A DNA stretch of 64,000 bases from Chloroflexia bacterium (GCA_038210655.1 JBBQWM010000003.1:49729-113728); one strand, 5' to 3'; shown: positions 10,265 through 19,884, numbered from the stretch's first letter. Notes: generated from the letters alone by a model not told the origin. Numbers and translations are program-made.

Positions 10265-10345
10265 TTGCGAAGTACATCTCTTTGGCTTATAATAGCGTAC
10301 AATAAGAGAAGTAGATGCAAGCATTTGCAATCCCAATGAATTGCA
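10265..10345 (+). promoter_or_regulatory. Sigma70 promoter of the metal ABC operon with downstream inverted-repeat operator candidate
   Basis: TTGCGA(10265)-N17-TATAAT(10288); TGCAAT-N8-ATTGCA at 10326-10345. Confidence 0.5.
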
Positions 10346-10392
10346 TCATTATGAGTTACATTATTGGAACACAACTCAGGAGAGACTTTTTT

Positions 10393-11577
10393 ATGACTAA
10401 CCGAAAATTGCGTCTGGCTCCCGGAATAACGCTGGTTCTGCTGACTGCCATTTTGCTGGCGGCTTGTGGCGATGCTACTAATACGACGGCTCCTGCAACC
10501 GTAGCGGCTACCACCAGGGCTGCGACAACAGCGGCGACGACGACTGTGGCGGCAGCAACGACCGCCTCGGCGACGACTGCGGCAGTAACTACGGTGGCGG
10601 CTACTACAGCTGTTGCTACGACTGCGGTGCCGACGACCTCTGCTGTAACAACTACGGCTGCCGCGACTGCTGCCGCTGCCCCGACCAAGAAGTTAAACGT
10701 AGTAACCTCCGTCGCGCCGATTAACAATATTGCCCTGAATGTTGGGGGCAATCGGGTTAACCTGACCCAGCTGATCCCAGACGGCACTGACTCGCATACC
10801 TTTGAACCGGCGGCAGGGGATGCCCGGATTTTGAACGAGGCTGATTTGATTATCGTCAATGGGATCGGCCTGGAAACCCCGACCCTCAAGCTGGCAGACA
10901 GCACCAAAAAAAAGGACACTCCGATCTTGAAGCTGGCTGATAATACGATCACCGAAAAGGAATGGGTTTTCGATTTCTCCTTCCCTAAAGATAAGGGCGA
11001 TCCCAATCCGCACCTTTGGATGAACCCGGACTATGCCAAAAAGTATGCTCAACTTATCAACGATCAGTTGGCGAAGCAAGACCCTGCTGGTAAGGATTAT
11101 TATGCCGCTAACCTGAAGGCTTACCTGAACCAGTTGAACGAGATGGATAAAGCGATGGCGATTGCCCTGGCGACCGTGCCGGAGAAGAACCGCAAGTTGG
11201 TGACTTATCACGACTCGTTTGCGTATTGGGCGAACCACTTCAAGTGGTCGGTTATCGGGGCGATCCAGCCTGCCGACTTCAAAGAGCCGAGTGCTAAGGA
11301 AGTCGCCGATATTATCGAGCAGTTGAAGAAGGAGCAGATTCCTGCTATCTTTGGGTCGGAAGTTTTCCCGTCCAAAGTTTTGGAGCAGATTGCCAAAGAA
11401 GCCAACGTCAAATTCTACGATACTTTGCGCGATGATGATCTGCCCGGCAAGCCGGAAGCCCCGGAGCATAGTTACGTCGGTATGCAACTCGAAAATACTG
11501 TTACAATGATTGCGGCTCTGGGTGGCAAGGCCGATAACTTGAAGGGCTTTAACGCCGCTAATACTTACGGCAAGTAA
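10393..11577 (+). CDS. Zn/Mn ABC transporter substrate-binding lipoprotein (ZnuA/TroA family)
   Basis: AGGAG RBS, lipobox LAAC, about 70-aa Thr/Ala stalk, metal ligands SHTFEP, NPHLW, YHDSF. Confidence 0.92.
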   Translation: MTNRKLRLAPGITLVLLTAILLAACGDATNTTAPATVAATTRAATTAATTTVAAATTASATTAAVTTVAATTAVATTAVPTTSAVTTTAAATAAAAPTKKLNVVTSVAPINNIALNVGGNRVNLTQLIPDGTDSHTFEPAAGDARILNEADLIIVNGIGLETPTLKLADSTKKKDTPILKLADNTITEKEWVFDFSFPKDKGDPNPHLWMNPDYAKKYAQLINDQLAKQDPAGKDYYAANLKAYLNQLNEMDKAMAIALATVPEKNRKLVTYHDSFAYWANHFKWSVIGAIQPADFKEPSAKEVADIIEQLKKEQIPAIFGSEVFPSKVLEQIAKEANVKFYDTLRDDDLPGKPEAPEHSYVGMQLENTVTMIAALGGKADNLKGFNAANTYGK

Positions 11578-11651
11578 TGGTCAGTGGTTAGAAAGTTTAG
11601 GTTGAAGCAATCTGCTACTAAACTCCTGACCACCAGTAAGAACCGATCCCA

Positions 11652-11691
11652 ATAGGAGCGACCTGTCAATTGGTTGTATGGTCGCCCCTAC
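11652..11691. repeat. REP-like palindrome, family B variant
   Basis: taggagcgacc-tgtcaattggttgtat-ggtcgcccctac; near-identical to 28831-28869. Confidence 0.7.
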
Positions 11692-11727
11692 CAGCAGACG
11701 ATTGGGATCGGCTCTAAAGAGGAAAAA

Positions 11728-12558
11728 ATGGGAACAACCGAGAAGCGTTCGGTAGTAGCTTTGCGAGAGGTAAGTTGCGGCTATGAGGGGCAGAGCGTCT
11801 TTCGCAACTTAAACCTGGACTTGCCCGAAGGGGTCTTTACCGGACTGGTTGGGCCGTCGGGGTCGGGTAAGACGACCTTGCTGCGTACTATAATGGGCCT
11901 GGTTACGCCGACTGCCGGACAGGTGATTGTCAATGGTTCGGCGTTGAGGGCGGGGCGTAGGCCGATTGGGATCGGTTATGTACCCCAGCTTGAAACGGTC
12001 GATTGGAATTTCCCGGTTACGGTCGAGCAGGTGGTATTGATGGGTCGCATCCGTTCGATGAGTATGCTACCCTGGCCCAGTCGGGCCGACCGGCAGGCTC
12101 TCCAGGGCTTGCTGGAGCGCTTGGGTTTGCAAGAACTGGCTCACAAGCATATTCGGGAGCTTTCGGGCGGGCAACAACAACGGGTCTTTTTGGCCCGCGC
12201 CCTGATTAGCAACCCTAAATTATTGCTTTTGGACGAGCCGACCAGTGGGGTAGATGTTAAAACCCGCAACGAGGTGTTGGCGCTCTTGACCGAATTAAAC
12301 AAACAGGGCATCGCTATCGTCCTGACGACCCACGATTTGAATTCGGTTGCGGCTTATCTACCGCAGGTGGTATGTATCAATGGAGCGGTTATCGCTCAGG
12401 GTACGCCAGACGAAGTTTTTAAGCCGGAGATATTGAGCCGGACTTATAGTGCCGATCTGGATGTTGTGCGCCATCGGGGGCATTTGCTGGTAATCGAGAA
12501 TGAAGTACCCCTCACAGCGACCCTGAATGGGGCTACCCGGAAAGAAGGAGTCTTATGA
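11728..12558 (+). CDS. Zn/Mn ABC transporter ATP-binding protein (ZnuC family)
   Basis: GPSGSGKT, YVPQ, LSGGQQQRV, LLLDEPT, TTHD; GAGG RBS before MGTTEK. Confidence 0.92.
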   Translation: MGTTEKRSVVALREVSCGYEGQSVFRNLNLDLPEGVFTGLVGPSGSGKTTLLRTIMGLVTPTAGQVIVNGSALRAGRRPIGIGYVPQLETVDWNFPVTVEQVVLMGRIRSMSMLPWPSRADRQALQGLLERLGLQELAHKHIRELSGGQQQRVFLARALISNPKLLLLDEPTSGVDVKTRNEVLALLTELNKQGIAIVLTTHDLNSVAAYLPQVVCINGAVIAQGTPDEVFKPEILSRTYSADLDVVRHRGHLLVIENEVPLTATLNGATRKEGVL

Positions 12559-13589
12559 CCCTGGCAATCTCATTTTGGGACGATCCGCTGCGCTGGCTGG
12601 CAGAGCCATTTAAATACGAATTTGTCCAACGCGCTTTTCTATGCGCCATCATCATCGGGGCTATGTGCGGGCTGGTTGGGGTTTACGTCGTATTGCGGCG
12701 GATGAGCTACATCGGTCACGGTCTGTCCCACTCCATTTTCGGTGGAGCGGTTGTCAGCTATGTTATCAAGCTGAATTTCTATATCGGGGCCAGCGCCTGG
12801 GGCTTTTTATCGGCCCTGCTGATTATCTGGACCAGCCGCAAACGCAAGATCGGCGCGGATGCCGCTATTGGGATCATTACAACCGCCAGCTTTGCGGTCG
12901 GCGTGATTATCATCAGTGTTAGCCGCAACTTCCGTACCAACTTTGATGCCGCCCTTTTCGGCAACATCCTGGGTATTCGGGATGAGGATGTTTGGGTGGT
13001 GATTGGGACGGCTATAATGATCTGTGTCTTGATCTTTATCTTCTACAAACAGCTACTTTTTACGACCTTTGACCCGGAAGTCGCTGGGGTTTACGGCGTG
13101 AGAATCGGCTGGATGGATGCGCTATTTTCGTTTTTGCTGGCTTCACTGTTGATCGCTTCGATGCAAATCGTCGGTGTCACCCTGATCGCAGCCTCGCTGA
13201 TTACCCCGCCAATAGTGGCCCGTTTGCTAACCGATAGCTTCCATAAGCTAATAATCATCTCGACTATCGTCGGGGCGGTCGGTGGTGTGAGCGGGGTTTA
13301 TGCCAGTTGGTATTTGAACTGGGCAACCGGGGCGACCATCGTGATAACCCACGCTTCGCTGTTTGTGATAGCCTTGATCTACACCAATACCGTCCGGCCT
13401 TTGCTGGCTCGTCGTCGTCTGAGTGCTGCCGCGCCCGCTTTGCATAGCATGGTTCCCGGTACAGCATCGCTACCCGATCAGGGTATCCCCGCCGCCGATA
13501 GCGGTCATCCCGAACACGATCACCCCCATGCCCACGAACACCGCCATCGCCACATTCCTGAGCATCACAAAGACGAATTGTTTCATTAG
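12555..13589 (+). CDS. Zn/Mn ABC transporter permease (ZnuB/ABC-3) with His-rich C-terminal tail
   Basis: RRMSYIGHGLSH, LFGNIL, FDPE motifs; tail HPEHDHPHAHEHRHRHIPEHH. Confidence 0.92.
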   Translation: MTLAISFWDDPLRWLAEPFKYEFVQRAFLCAIIIGAMCGLVGVYVVLRRMSYIGHGLSHSIFGGAVVSYVIKLNFYIGASAWGFLSALLIIWTSRKRKIGADAAIGIITTASFAVGVIIISVSRNFRTNFDAALFGNILGIRDEDVWVVIGTAIMICVLIFIFYKQLLFTTFDPEVAGVYGVRIGWMDALFSFLLASLLIASMQIVGVTLIAASLITPPIVARLLTDSFHKLIIISTIVGAVGGVSGVYASWYLNWATGATIVITHASLFVIALIYTNTVRPLLARRRLSAAAPALHSMVPGTASLPDQGIPAADSGHPEHDHPHAHEHRHRHIPEHHKDELFH

Positions 13590-13614
13590 TAAGCCGGAAA
13601 AATAAGCCAAAAGC

Positions 13615-13646
13615 GAGGCGAAACTAGGGAGTTTCGCCTCTTTTTA
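13615..13646 (+). terminator. Rho-independent terminator of the metal ABC operon
   Basis: gaggcgaaact-aggg-agtttcgcctc then T5. Confidence 0.85.
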
Positions 13647-13770
13647 TGCTAGGTTTAACTGCCCGAAACAAGCCCCAGCTTGACAAAGCCTATCTTATTT
13701 GTCAAAATCCGTCCGGCGACTTAGGATAATGCCTTAGTAAGAATTTCATTAAAAGCCTCATTATAGAAAG

Positions 13771-13952
13771 GGGTGCGCGTCAGAATTTTACAAATTAGCC
13801 AGGCTGTACCACACTCTAAACCGAGGAGTGGGTATAGGTTAGAAAATTCCGCAGAAAATTTTCTAACCTATACTTTTGAGTGGATTGGAGCGGGGTCTTC
13901 ACGATCACTCATTTTTACGGTTTGAATCCGTGCAAAAATCTGGCGCTCACCC
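13771..13952. mobile_element. MITE copy 1 (182 bp) with perfect 9-bp target-site duplication
   Basis: TIRs GGGTGCGCGTCAGAATTTTACA / GGGTGAGCGCCAGATTTTTGCA; TATAGAAAG at 13762-13770 and 13953-13961; central AT-rich palindrome. Confidence 0.85.
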
Positions 13953-13979
13953 TATAGAAAGCAGTTTAGAAAGTAATTC

Positions 13980-14951
13980 ATGATAAAACCAACGGATCAA
14001 GAAATTGAATTGGTGAAGCCTGTCCGGATCGGCGGGCGGCCCAAAATCTCAAAGCCGGTTGTGTTAATGGTATTGGTAGTGGCATCCTGGGCCAGCGCGA
14101 CGGTCGCCTCCAAACATCTTTACCTCGAACACCTCATTACCCCCCTTACGCTGGTGGTGTGTCGCTTTACCCTGGCCGGAACTTTCGCCCTTCTCCTGTT
14201 TGGATTGGGGCAACGACGACGGCATAAACTTGAATTACCTCTGGTGGGCAACTGGCGGGCTTATCTATTGGGCGGCGTGCTGATAAGCATGTTTATTCTC
14301 GGTTTTAACGTTGCTTTGCTTTACATAACAGCGACATTGGGTGGCCTCTACTTCTTTGCCCTAACCCCGGTTATTATGCTGGTGGTCGGGCATTTCTGGC
14401 TTGGCACGAACTTTGGCTGGCGACAAGTAGCTGGAATTGTAACCGCCTTGTTTGGGGTGGTAATCGTTATCAGTGGCGGCGATTTGCAACACCTGATAGA
14501 TAGTTTCAAGGGGAGCAATTTGCCGCTTGGCCTGGGGCTAATGACGGTCGGGGCGGTGGGCTGGGGTATCTACGGGTTATGGGGTAAACGCTATGGCAGT
14601 CCGCGACCCGGTGCAAGCTTGCTCTCAACCGGGTTTAACCAGCTTATTGGGGTCGCCCCAGTCTGGGTCTTGTTGCTCTTGCTCGAACCGCAAAGCCTTT
14701 TTTCACTTTCACTCGAAGCGTGGCTTTTTATTTTGTACATCGGGATCGTGCCTTCGGCGCTTGGTTTTGCGCTCTTTTACTCGATCCTCAAAGACCTGAC
14801 CCTCAATCAGGCTGCCACGATCCAGCTTTTCTCGCCAGTCTTTACCGCGATTATGGCAATTGCCTTTCTGGGTGAGCCTTTCAGTCTGGCATTGGTGATT
14901 GGGACGGCGGCCTTGTTGTGTGGGGTGCGGCTTGGGACGGCGGCTAAGTAA
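13980..14951 (+). CDS. DMT/EamA family transporter
   Basis: About ten hydrophobic segments in two EamA halves; LVVCRFTLA, FLGEPFS motifs. Confidence 0.85.
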   Translation: MIKPTDQEIELVKPVRIGGRPKISKPVVLMVLVVASWASATVASKHLYLEHLITPLTLVVCRFTLAGTFALLLFGLGQRRRHKLELPLVGNWRAYLLGGVLISMFILGFNVALLYITATLGGLYFFALTPVIMLVVGHFWLGTNFGWRQVAGIVTALFGVVIVISGGDLQHLIDSFKGSNLPLGLGLMTVGAVGWGIYGLWGKRYGSPRPGASLLSTGFNQLIGVAPVWVLLLLLEPQSLFSLSLEAWLFILYIGIVPSALGFALFYSILKDLTLNQAATIQLFSPVFTAIMAIAFLGEPFSLALVIGTAALLCGVRLGTAAK

Positions 14952-15564
14952 TTAGCTTTTCGAGCAATTCCTGGAAAAGCCGTTCACAATAGGGTGCTGC
15001 TTTGCGGACTTTGCCAACTTCTATTTTTTGCAAAAGCTCCGACGCATGGCGGGTTTTGTGATACTCACCCTTTTTACTATTTTTGGTAGCTTCCTTGAGA
15101 GCTTTTTCCAACTCGGCTTTATCAATATTCTCTATATCGCGCCGTTTCGGAAGCGAGTTTGGTTTGAAGCCTGCCCCATAAAACTCTTTCAAAGCTCTTA
15201 TGTCGGCAATCAGCCAGGTTTCCATCGTTTGCACCATCAAATGGCATTGATTCTCCTGGTAGCTTGATAAGTTCCAGCCATCTTGCTTTTGTAAATGGTT
15301 TCGCGGGTCCTTTTCGAGTACCGAATTTTCAGCATCAACCAGGAGCAGGTTGAATGCGTCAGGATGATCGATCAAAGCTCGTTCAAAATCTTTGAAAGTC
15401 TCGCTTCGAGACCCACATAAAATGATACTAAACCCGATTTTATGTACCCTGGCCTTGTCTCTAACCTCGCTTAGAAAAGTGTTAAACCCCTGGCGCATAC
15501 GCCGGATAGTTTCACTATTTTTTTGCCCACCACCTTCGATATAAATCCGTATCTCGCTTACCAA
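14944..15564 (-). CDS. DUF4276 family protein (TOPRIM-like)
   Basis: IRIYIEGGG N-terminus, LLVDAE, VQTMETWLIAD, YHKTRHASELL; translationally coupled to the ATPase. Confidence 0.75.
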   Translation of the reverse strand: MVSEIRIYIEGGGQKNSETIRRMRQGFNTFLSEVRDKARVHKIGFSIILCGSRSETFKDFERALIDHPDAFNLLLVDAENSVLEKDPRNHLQKQDGWNLSSYQENQCHLMVQTMETWLIADIRALKEFYGAGFKPNSLPKRRDIENIDKAELEKALKEATKNSKKGEYHKTRHASELLQKIEVGKVRKAAPYCERLFQELLEKLIT

Positions 15565-16814
15565 CGAGTGCCTCCCAACTCACCCATTGCCCACAATTGG
15601 CCTAGCGAATAATCCTCAAGCCATTTTTTGAGTTTGTGAGGTTCCAAGCGTCGCAAATGCGTTCCGTCATTATCGCGCTCACAAACTACAACCGCTTCGG
15701 GAATTTCACTAAGGGCCGAGACCAGCATTTCTGAATGAGTGGTGATAACTAGTTGGGTACGTTGTGAGGCTTCGATCAGCAATTTAGCCAGATTCGGTAA
15801 TATGTCGGGGTGTAATCCCAGTTCTGGCTCTTCGATACAAACAATCGGTGGCGGTTGTGGATGGCACAATATTGATAGCAATGCTAAATAGCGTAAGGTT
15901 CCATCGGATAGGCGACTAGCTGAGATAGGTTGATCGAGGCTAGTTTCCCTTATAAAAAGCTGCACTCTGTCCGGCCCTCCATAGGCGGTAAATTCATCGT
16001 GCATTTCTTCAACGATAATTTCTTCTACCGCTTCGTTAAACCGCTTGAGTTCCTCGGTAATACGTTCTATAACTCTATCTAAGGAATATCTATGCTTCAA
16101 AATAAATAATACGGACGTTAAATTACCAGCATTCTCATCGAGAAAAGCTTTAGCCAGCTCTAAGCGTTGGGGGATACGTGGTGCAGTATTATACGTAAAA
16201 TTCCAGTTGCGATATAATCGGATGTCGGAAAAATCTTTGCCAACTCTATAAATTTCTGGAAAGAGTCTCAAATTTTTTAGTTGGGTCAGAATTGATTGAT
16301 TATTATCTTCGGGAGCTATATTAGACTCGACCCTATTGGTTGTGTCTCCCAGTGTCCCATTACCATTAGCGTTGATAAATACCTTTGCAGTTTTGAGATC
16401 GCTAATATAGTGATAAAATTCAGCCTCAGGAATGTCACTAATGACTGTTCCATCTATAAACTTAACGGGGTCTGTAACCCGCCCTACTGTTTCTTCTATC
16501 ACTTGAGGCTGATTTTCAATATTTGTAAAGCGTAGCAAATAGTTGAATAAAAAGAATTTGGTTTTTATCTCAGCAATCGGGGTTGGGCTGCCTTTCCAAA
16601 GCCATTCGTTTATACCGCCCCTTTCCCGAACATAAGAGGAAAGATCGTTAGGAATTGCTTGTAGCAATCCGATTGCTTCAAGCAGATTTGATTTGCCGGA
16701 ACCATTGGGGCCGATAAGCACGTTAAGCGGCTGAAGCTCAAGCTCTATGCCAGTGCTTCCAAAAGAGAGTAGGTTTTTTATTTGCAGGGTCTTAATGAAT
16801 AGCTTGCCGTCCAT
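15558..16814 (-). CDS. AAA_21/ABC-type ATPase (AriA/PtuA/RecF-like clan)
   Basis: GPNGSGKS, LSDGTLR signature, IVCIEEPE Walker B, GLHP D-loop, ITTHS; start MDGKL with AGGTGG RBS. Confidence 0.85.
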   Translation of the reverse strand: MDGKLFIKTLQIKNLLSFGSTGIELELQPLNVLIGPNGSGKSNLLEAIGLLQAIPNDLSSYVRERGGINEWLWKGSPTPIAEIKTKFFLFNYLLRFTNIENQPQVIEETVGRVTDPVKFIDGTVISDIPEAEFYHYISDLKTAKVFINANGNGTLGDTTNRVESNIAPEDNNQSILTQLKNLRLFPEIYRVGKDFSDIRLYRNWNFTYNTAPRIPQRLELAKAFLDENAGNLTSVLFILKHRYSLDRVIERITEELKRFNEAVEEIIVEEMHDEFTAYGGPDRVQLFIRETSLDQPISASRLSDGTLRYLALLSILCHPQPPPIVCIEEPELGLHPDILPNLAKLLIEASQRTQLVITTHSEMLVSALSEIPEAVVVCERDNDGTHLRRLEPHKLKKWLEDYSLGQLWAMGELGGTRW

Positions 16815-16924
16815 TTTCCACCTATCTAAAGTTGATTGCAACTAGATAAAGTAAACATATCACAGAAGTTGGTCGGGGGCAATCACTTTTACAAGCTATT
16901 GATCGGTAAGCATATCAGGTTGGG

Positions 16925-17755
16925 TTACTTTTCGGGTTGGCAGACCGGGCAAAGATAGGTTCCGCGCTGACCAACCGCGATCTTGACGATAGCCTCGCCA
17001 CAGTTAAGGCATGGTTCACCTTTGCGGTCGTGGACGAGCAGCATATCCTGATTGCGGCCCTTTTGTCCATCGCCGTCCAGATAATCGCTGAGAGTGGTAC
17101 CCCGGTTGTCAATCGCCTTGTTGAGGACGAACCGAATAGCGTGGTAAAGCCGTTGCTGCTCGTTCTCGTTCAGGGTGCGGACGTTGCGTTGCGGGTGTAG
17201 ACCACTGACGAATAGGGCTTCGTTGACGTAGATGTTACCCAATCCCACCAGCAACCCCTGGTCGAGTAAAAGCGGCTTGAGCATGCCCTTGCGCTGGCTG
17301 AGTAATTCGGCAAAGTGTTGTTCGGTAAAGCTGTCCAAGAGTGGCTCCGGCCCCAGCTTTTGGAGCAATTTATCAAGCTCCTCACGGCTGGTAAAGAGAT
17401 AGACCCGCCCAAACTTACGTAGATCGGCAAAGCGCAACTCGCTACCATCGGTAAAGCCCAGCACAAAATGGGTATAACGGTCGGGATCGGCTCCGCCTTC
17501 GCGCCAGAACAAGTTGCCGGTCATCTTGCGATGAAAAACCAAAAATTTGTGGTTGGTCAACTCGATCAAGATGTATTTAGCCCGGCGCTCCAGCCCCACA
17601 ATTTGTTCGCCTACCACTTCCCGCGCCAGTTCTTCGGGCGTATGGGTTTGGATCAGGCGAGGCCAGTCGGCCCAAAGTAGCCCGGCAATCGTGCGGCCCG
17701 GCAGGTATTGGCGCAAATCGCGCACCGTAGTTTCAACTTCGGGTAGTTCAGGCAT
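16925..17755 (-). CDS. mutM: Formamidopyrimidine-DNA glycosylase
   Basis: MPELPEVET N-terminus, GLGNIYVNE H2TH motif, C-terminal C4 zinc finger. Confidence 0.97.
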   Translation of the reverse strand: MPELPEVETTVRDLRQYLPGRTIAGLLWADWPRLIQTHTPEELAREVVGEQIVGLERRAKYILIELTNHKFLVFHRKMTGNLFWREGGADPDRYTHFVLGFTDGSELRFADLRKFGRVYLFTSREELDKLLQKLGPEPLLDSFTEQHFAELLSQRKGMLKPLLLDQGLLVGLGNIYVNEALFVSGLHPQRNVRTLNENEQQRLYHAIRFVLNKAIDNRGTTLSDYLDGDGQKGRNQDMLLVHDRKGEPCLNCGEAIVKIAVGQRGTYLCPVCQPEK

Positions 17756-17774
17756 TTTACCTCGCTAAAAAGAG

Positions 17775-17806
17775 AAAAAAGCCGCTTCTCGATCACCAAG
17801 AAGCGG
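17775..17806 (-). terminator. Rho-independent terminator
   Basis: ccgcttct-loop-agaagcgg followed by T6 on the minus strand. Confidence 0.65.
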
Positions 17807-17854
17807 TAGTTTGATTGGGTTAATTATAGCACAAATTACCCTATTCAGCCAAAC

Positions 17855-19606
17855 CTAGAACAGACGACGGGCAAACCAGGCTCCCCCCAGCGCCCCGATT
17901 ACGATAAGTGGGAAAGCGATCCAAGTAACAATTTGCAGCAAGTTCAGGTAGCCCATTTTACTGCTACAGGAAGCTTTATCAAATTGAACTTGCCCGATAG
18001 CGGCACAACTGGATTTGTCGAAAGCTTCCTGGTTGGCCTGGGATAGTTTGTCCAAGCCGTCCAACACCCGGTTGGAGCTTTCGTTGGAAAGGCCAAAGCT
18101 AATCCGGGCGGCCTCCGCTACCAAGCCTTTGTTGAACTGGTCGATGATAAGATTATGTTGTTCAAGATAGGCGTTCCAGGCGAAGGGCAAGCTTTTGCCG
18201 TCCTTATCGCGGGGCCTTTCGCTGGCGGAACATTTTGGGCCAATCCCGGTTGGGTTGTCATAGATTGCACATAACGCAGTTCGTTCTTTTGGATAGGTCA
18301 CATTCGACCAGGCCAGGGCCATTTGCTTTTCGACCTCAGCTTGTTTGGCCTTAAAATTATCAGCCAATAACTTAGCATCAAAAGCTTGTTTGACCTCGGC
18401 GGTCAGATCAGGGTTGGTACTGTCCAATCCGGAGCTATTGGGACTGAGCAGCAGGCGCGACTCGTCCCCGTTAAAATCCAGGACGCTTTGTTTGGCGGTC
18501 GAAGCGGCGTTGATGCTGATAAAGCTATCTTTAGAGATGGTTTTGTAATCATCGTTAGCCTGGGTCAAAATGTAGATTAACCAGCCCAGCATTACAATCG
18601 CCAGAGCCAGACCAATCGTAAAACCGGGGTTGATAATCCGATGGGTCAGCACGGCATAGCGGAAGCTCAACCAGGCCGCTACCCCCAGGACAAGTATGAC
18701 CGCCACAATAACCAGGATCAAGTTTATACTGGCAGCATTGTTGACCGCGCTGGCGGCTTTATCGAGTTCAACATTATTTATTTTGGCAAGTTTGGCAATA
18801 TTAGCTTCGAGGCCCAGATACTGATCGTTGACCTTGAGGTCTTTCCAACCATTCTGACGTAAGACTTCCTCGCTAGAACGACCATTTTGAAGTGGCAGAC
18901 CGCCTAAATTACCGATTACAATATCGTGTGCGGCTTTATATTGGGCCAGGGCGGCTTCCCGATGACCGATATCCAGTTCGTGACGCATCACTTCGATCCG
19001 AGCCAGGTAATCGTAAAAGCGTGTTCCGATGACGTTGATTGCGTCGGCCTCACCGGGGTAAGTGATATTAGAGCGGGCCAGGAAAAGCGCGTCGTTAAGA
19101 TCGCGGCGGGCCTGGTTGTAACGCTGAGAAGCGTCGTTACGCAAGCCTTTGTCGCCATAAACATTAGCATTAAAATCGGGGCTGGTTACGTCCACCCGCG
19201 ATGTCACCTGAAAGTCGGCGGCAGCCGTATCAAGGGCGTTAAGGGATTGTCCTAGCTTCTCAGCAGCAACAATGCTAGGCGAGGAGCTTACTACTATCTC
19301 CTGGAAGTTTTTGGCACTGGTGCTAAGTACAAAATAGGAGACCCCCATTGCCACCAACGCTAATACCGCCGCCAATAGTGCCAGCGTAGTAAACTGTCCG
19401 GCCAGGGTATCAAAGCGGGTCAGCGAACGTATTTGGGCCAGACCGGTCGCCGGAACCAGGGGGGCCGGGTTGTTGCCGGGCGCGGGTACAATCGGCCCAC
19501 CACCTGGGGCGGGGGTCTGGGTTGGTAGCTGAAAAGGTGCAAAGCTACCGGGAGCCAGGCGGCCTGTGCTTCTGGGTTTGCCGGTAGGTCTCTGCTGAAG
19601 CGACAT
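17855..19606 (-). CDS. Membrane protein with two extracytoplasmic four-helix-bundle-like domains and no cytoplasmic output domain
   Basis: Four TM segments; internally similar halves (PSIVAAEKLGQSLNALD / ISINAASTAKQSVLDFN); start MSLQQ with AGAGGA RBS. Confidence 0.7.
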   Translation of the reverse strand: MSLQQRPTGKPRSTGRLAPGSFAPFQLPTQTPAPGGGPIVPAPGNNPAPLVPATGLAQIRSLTRFDTLAGQFTTLALLAAVLALVAMGVSYFVLSTSAKNFQEIVVSSSPSIVAAEKLGQSLNALDTAAADFQVTSRVDVTSPDFNANVYGDKGLRNDASQRYNQARRDLNDALFLARSNITYPGEADAINVIGTRFYDYLARIEVMRHELDIGHREAALAQYKAAHDIVIGNLGGLPLQNGRSSEEVLRQNGWKDLKVNDQYLGLEANIAKLAKINNVELDKAASAVNNAASINLILVIVAVILVLGVAAWLSFRYAVLTHRIINPGFTIGLALAIVMLGWLIYILTQANDDYKTISKDSFISINAASTAKQSVLDFNGDESRLLLSPNSSGLDSTNPDLTAEVKQAFDAKLLADNFKAKQAEVEKQMALAWSNVTYPKERTALCAIYDNPTGIGPKCSASERPRDKDGKSLPFAWNAYLEQHNLIIDQFNKGLVAEAARISFGLSNESSNRVLDGLDKLSQANQEAFDKSSCAAIGQVQFDKASCSSKMGYLNLLQIVTWIAFPLIVIGALGGAWFARRLF

Positions 19607-19884
19607 AAGAAAATCCTCTCTTAGCCTAAAGCCTGTTATAGCCAATTATAGTTTAGCCTTGTTTGCAAAGGCTAAAGCGCTCTTTCATTCTAGCCTGCAC
19701 TGCTTATTTACGCAAGACAACCTTAAAATGTTCTAAGAATCTGCCCGACTATTTTAATCTCGCTTTATCCACCATAGCTTAACCCAAACTAGCAGCTTTG
19801 GGCTTGCCGTCCGTTCGTTACATTCTGTACAATACCTGTAGTTGGGCTATCTTTAGCACCTGGAAGGGTTAGATTGGGATAAAG

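Noticed and set aside
13771-13952. Autonomous IS or transposase pseudogene
   Set aside because: No transposase ORF or fragment lies between the TIRs or elsewhere in the window.
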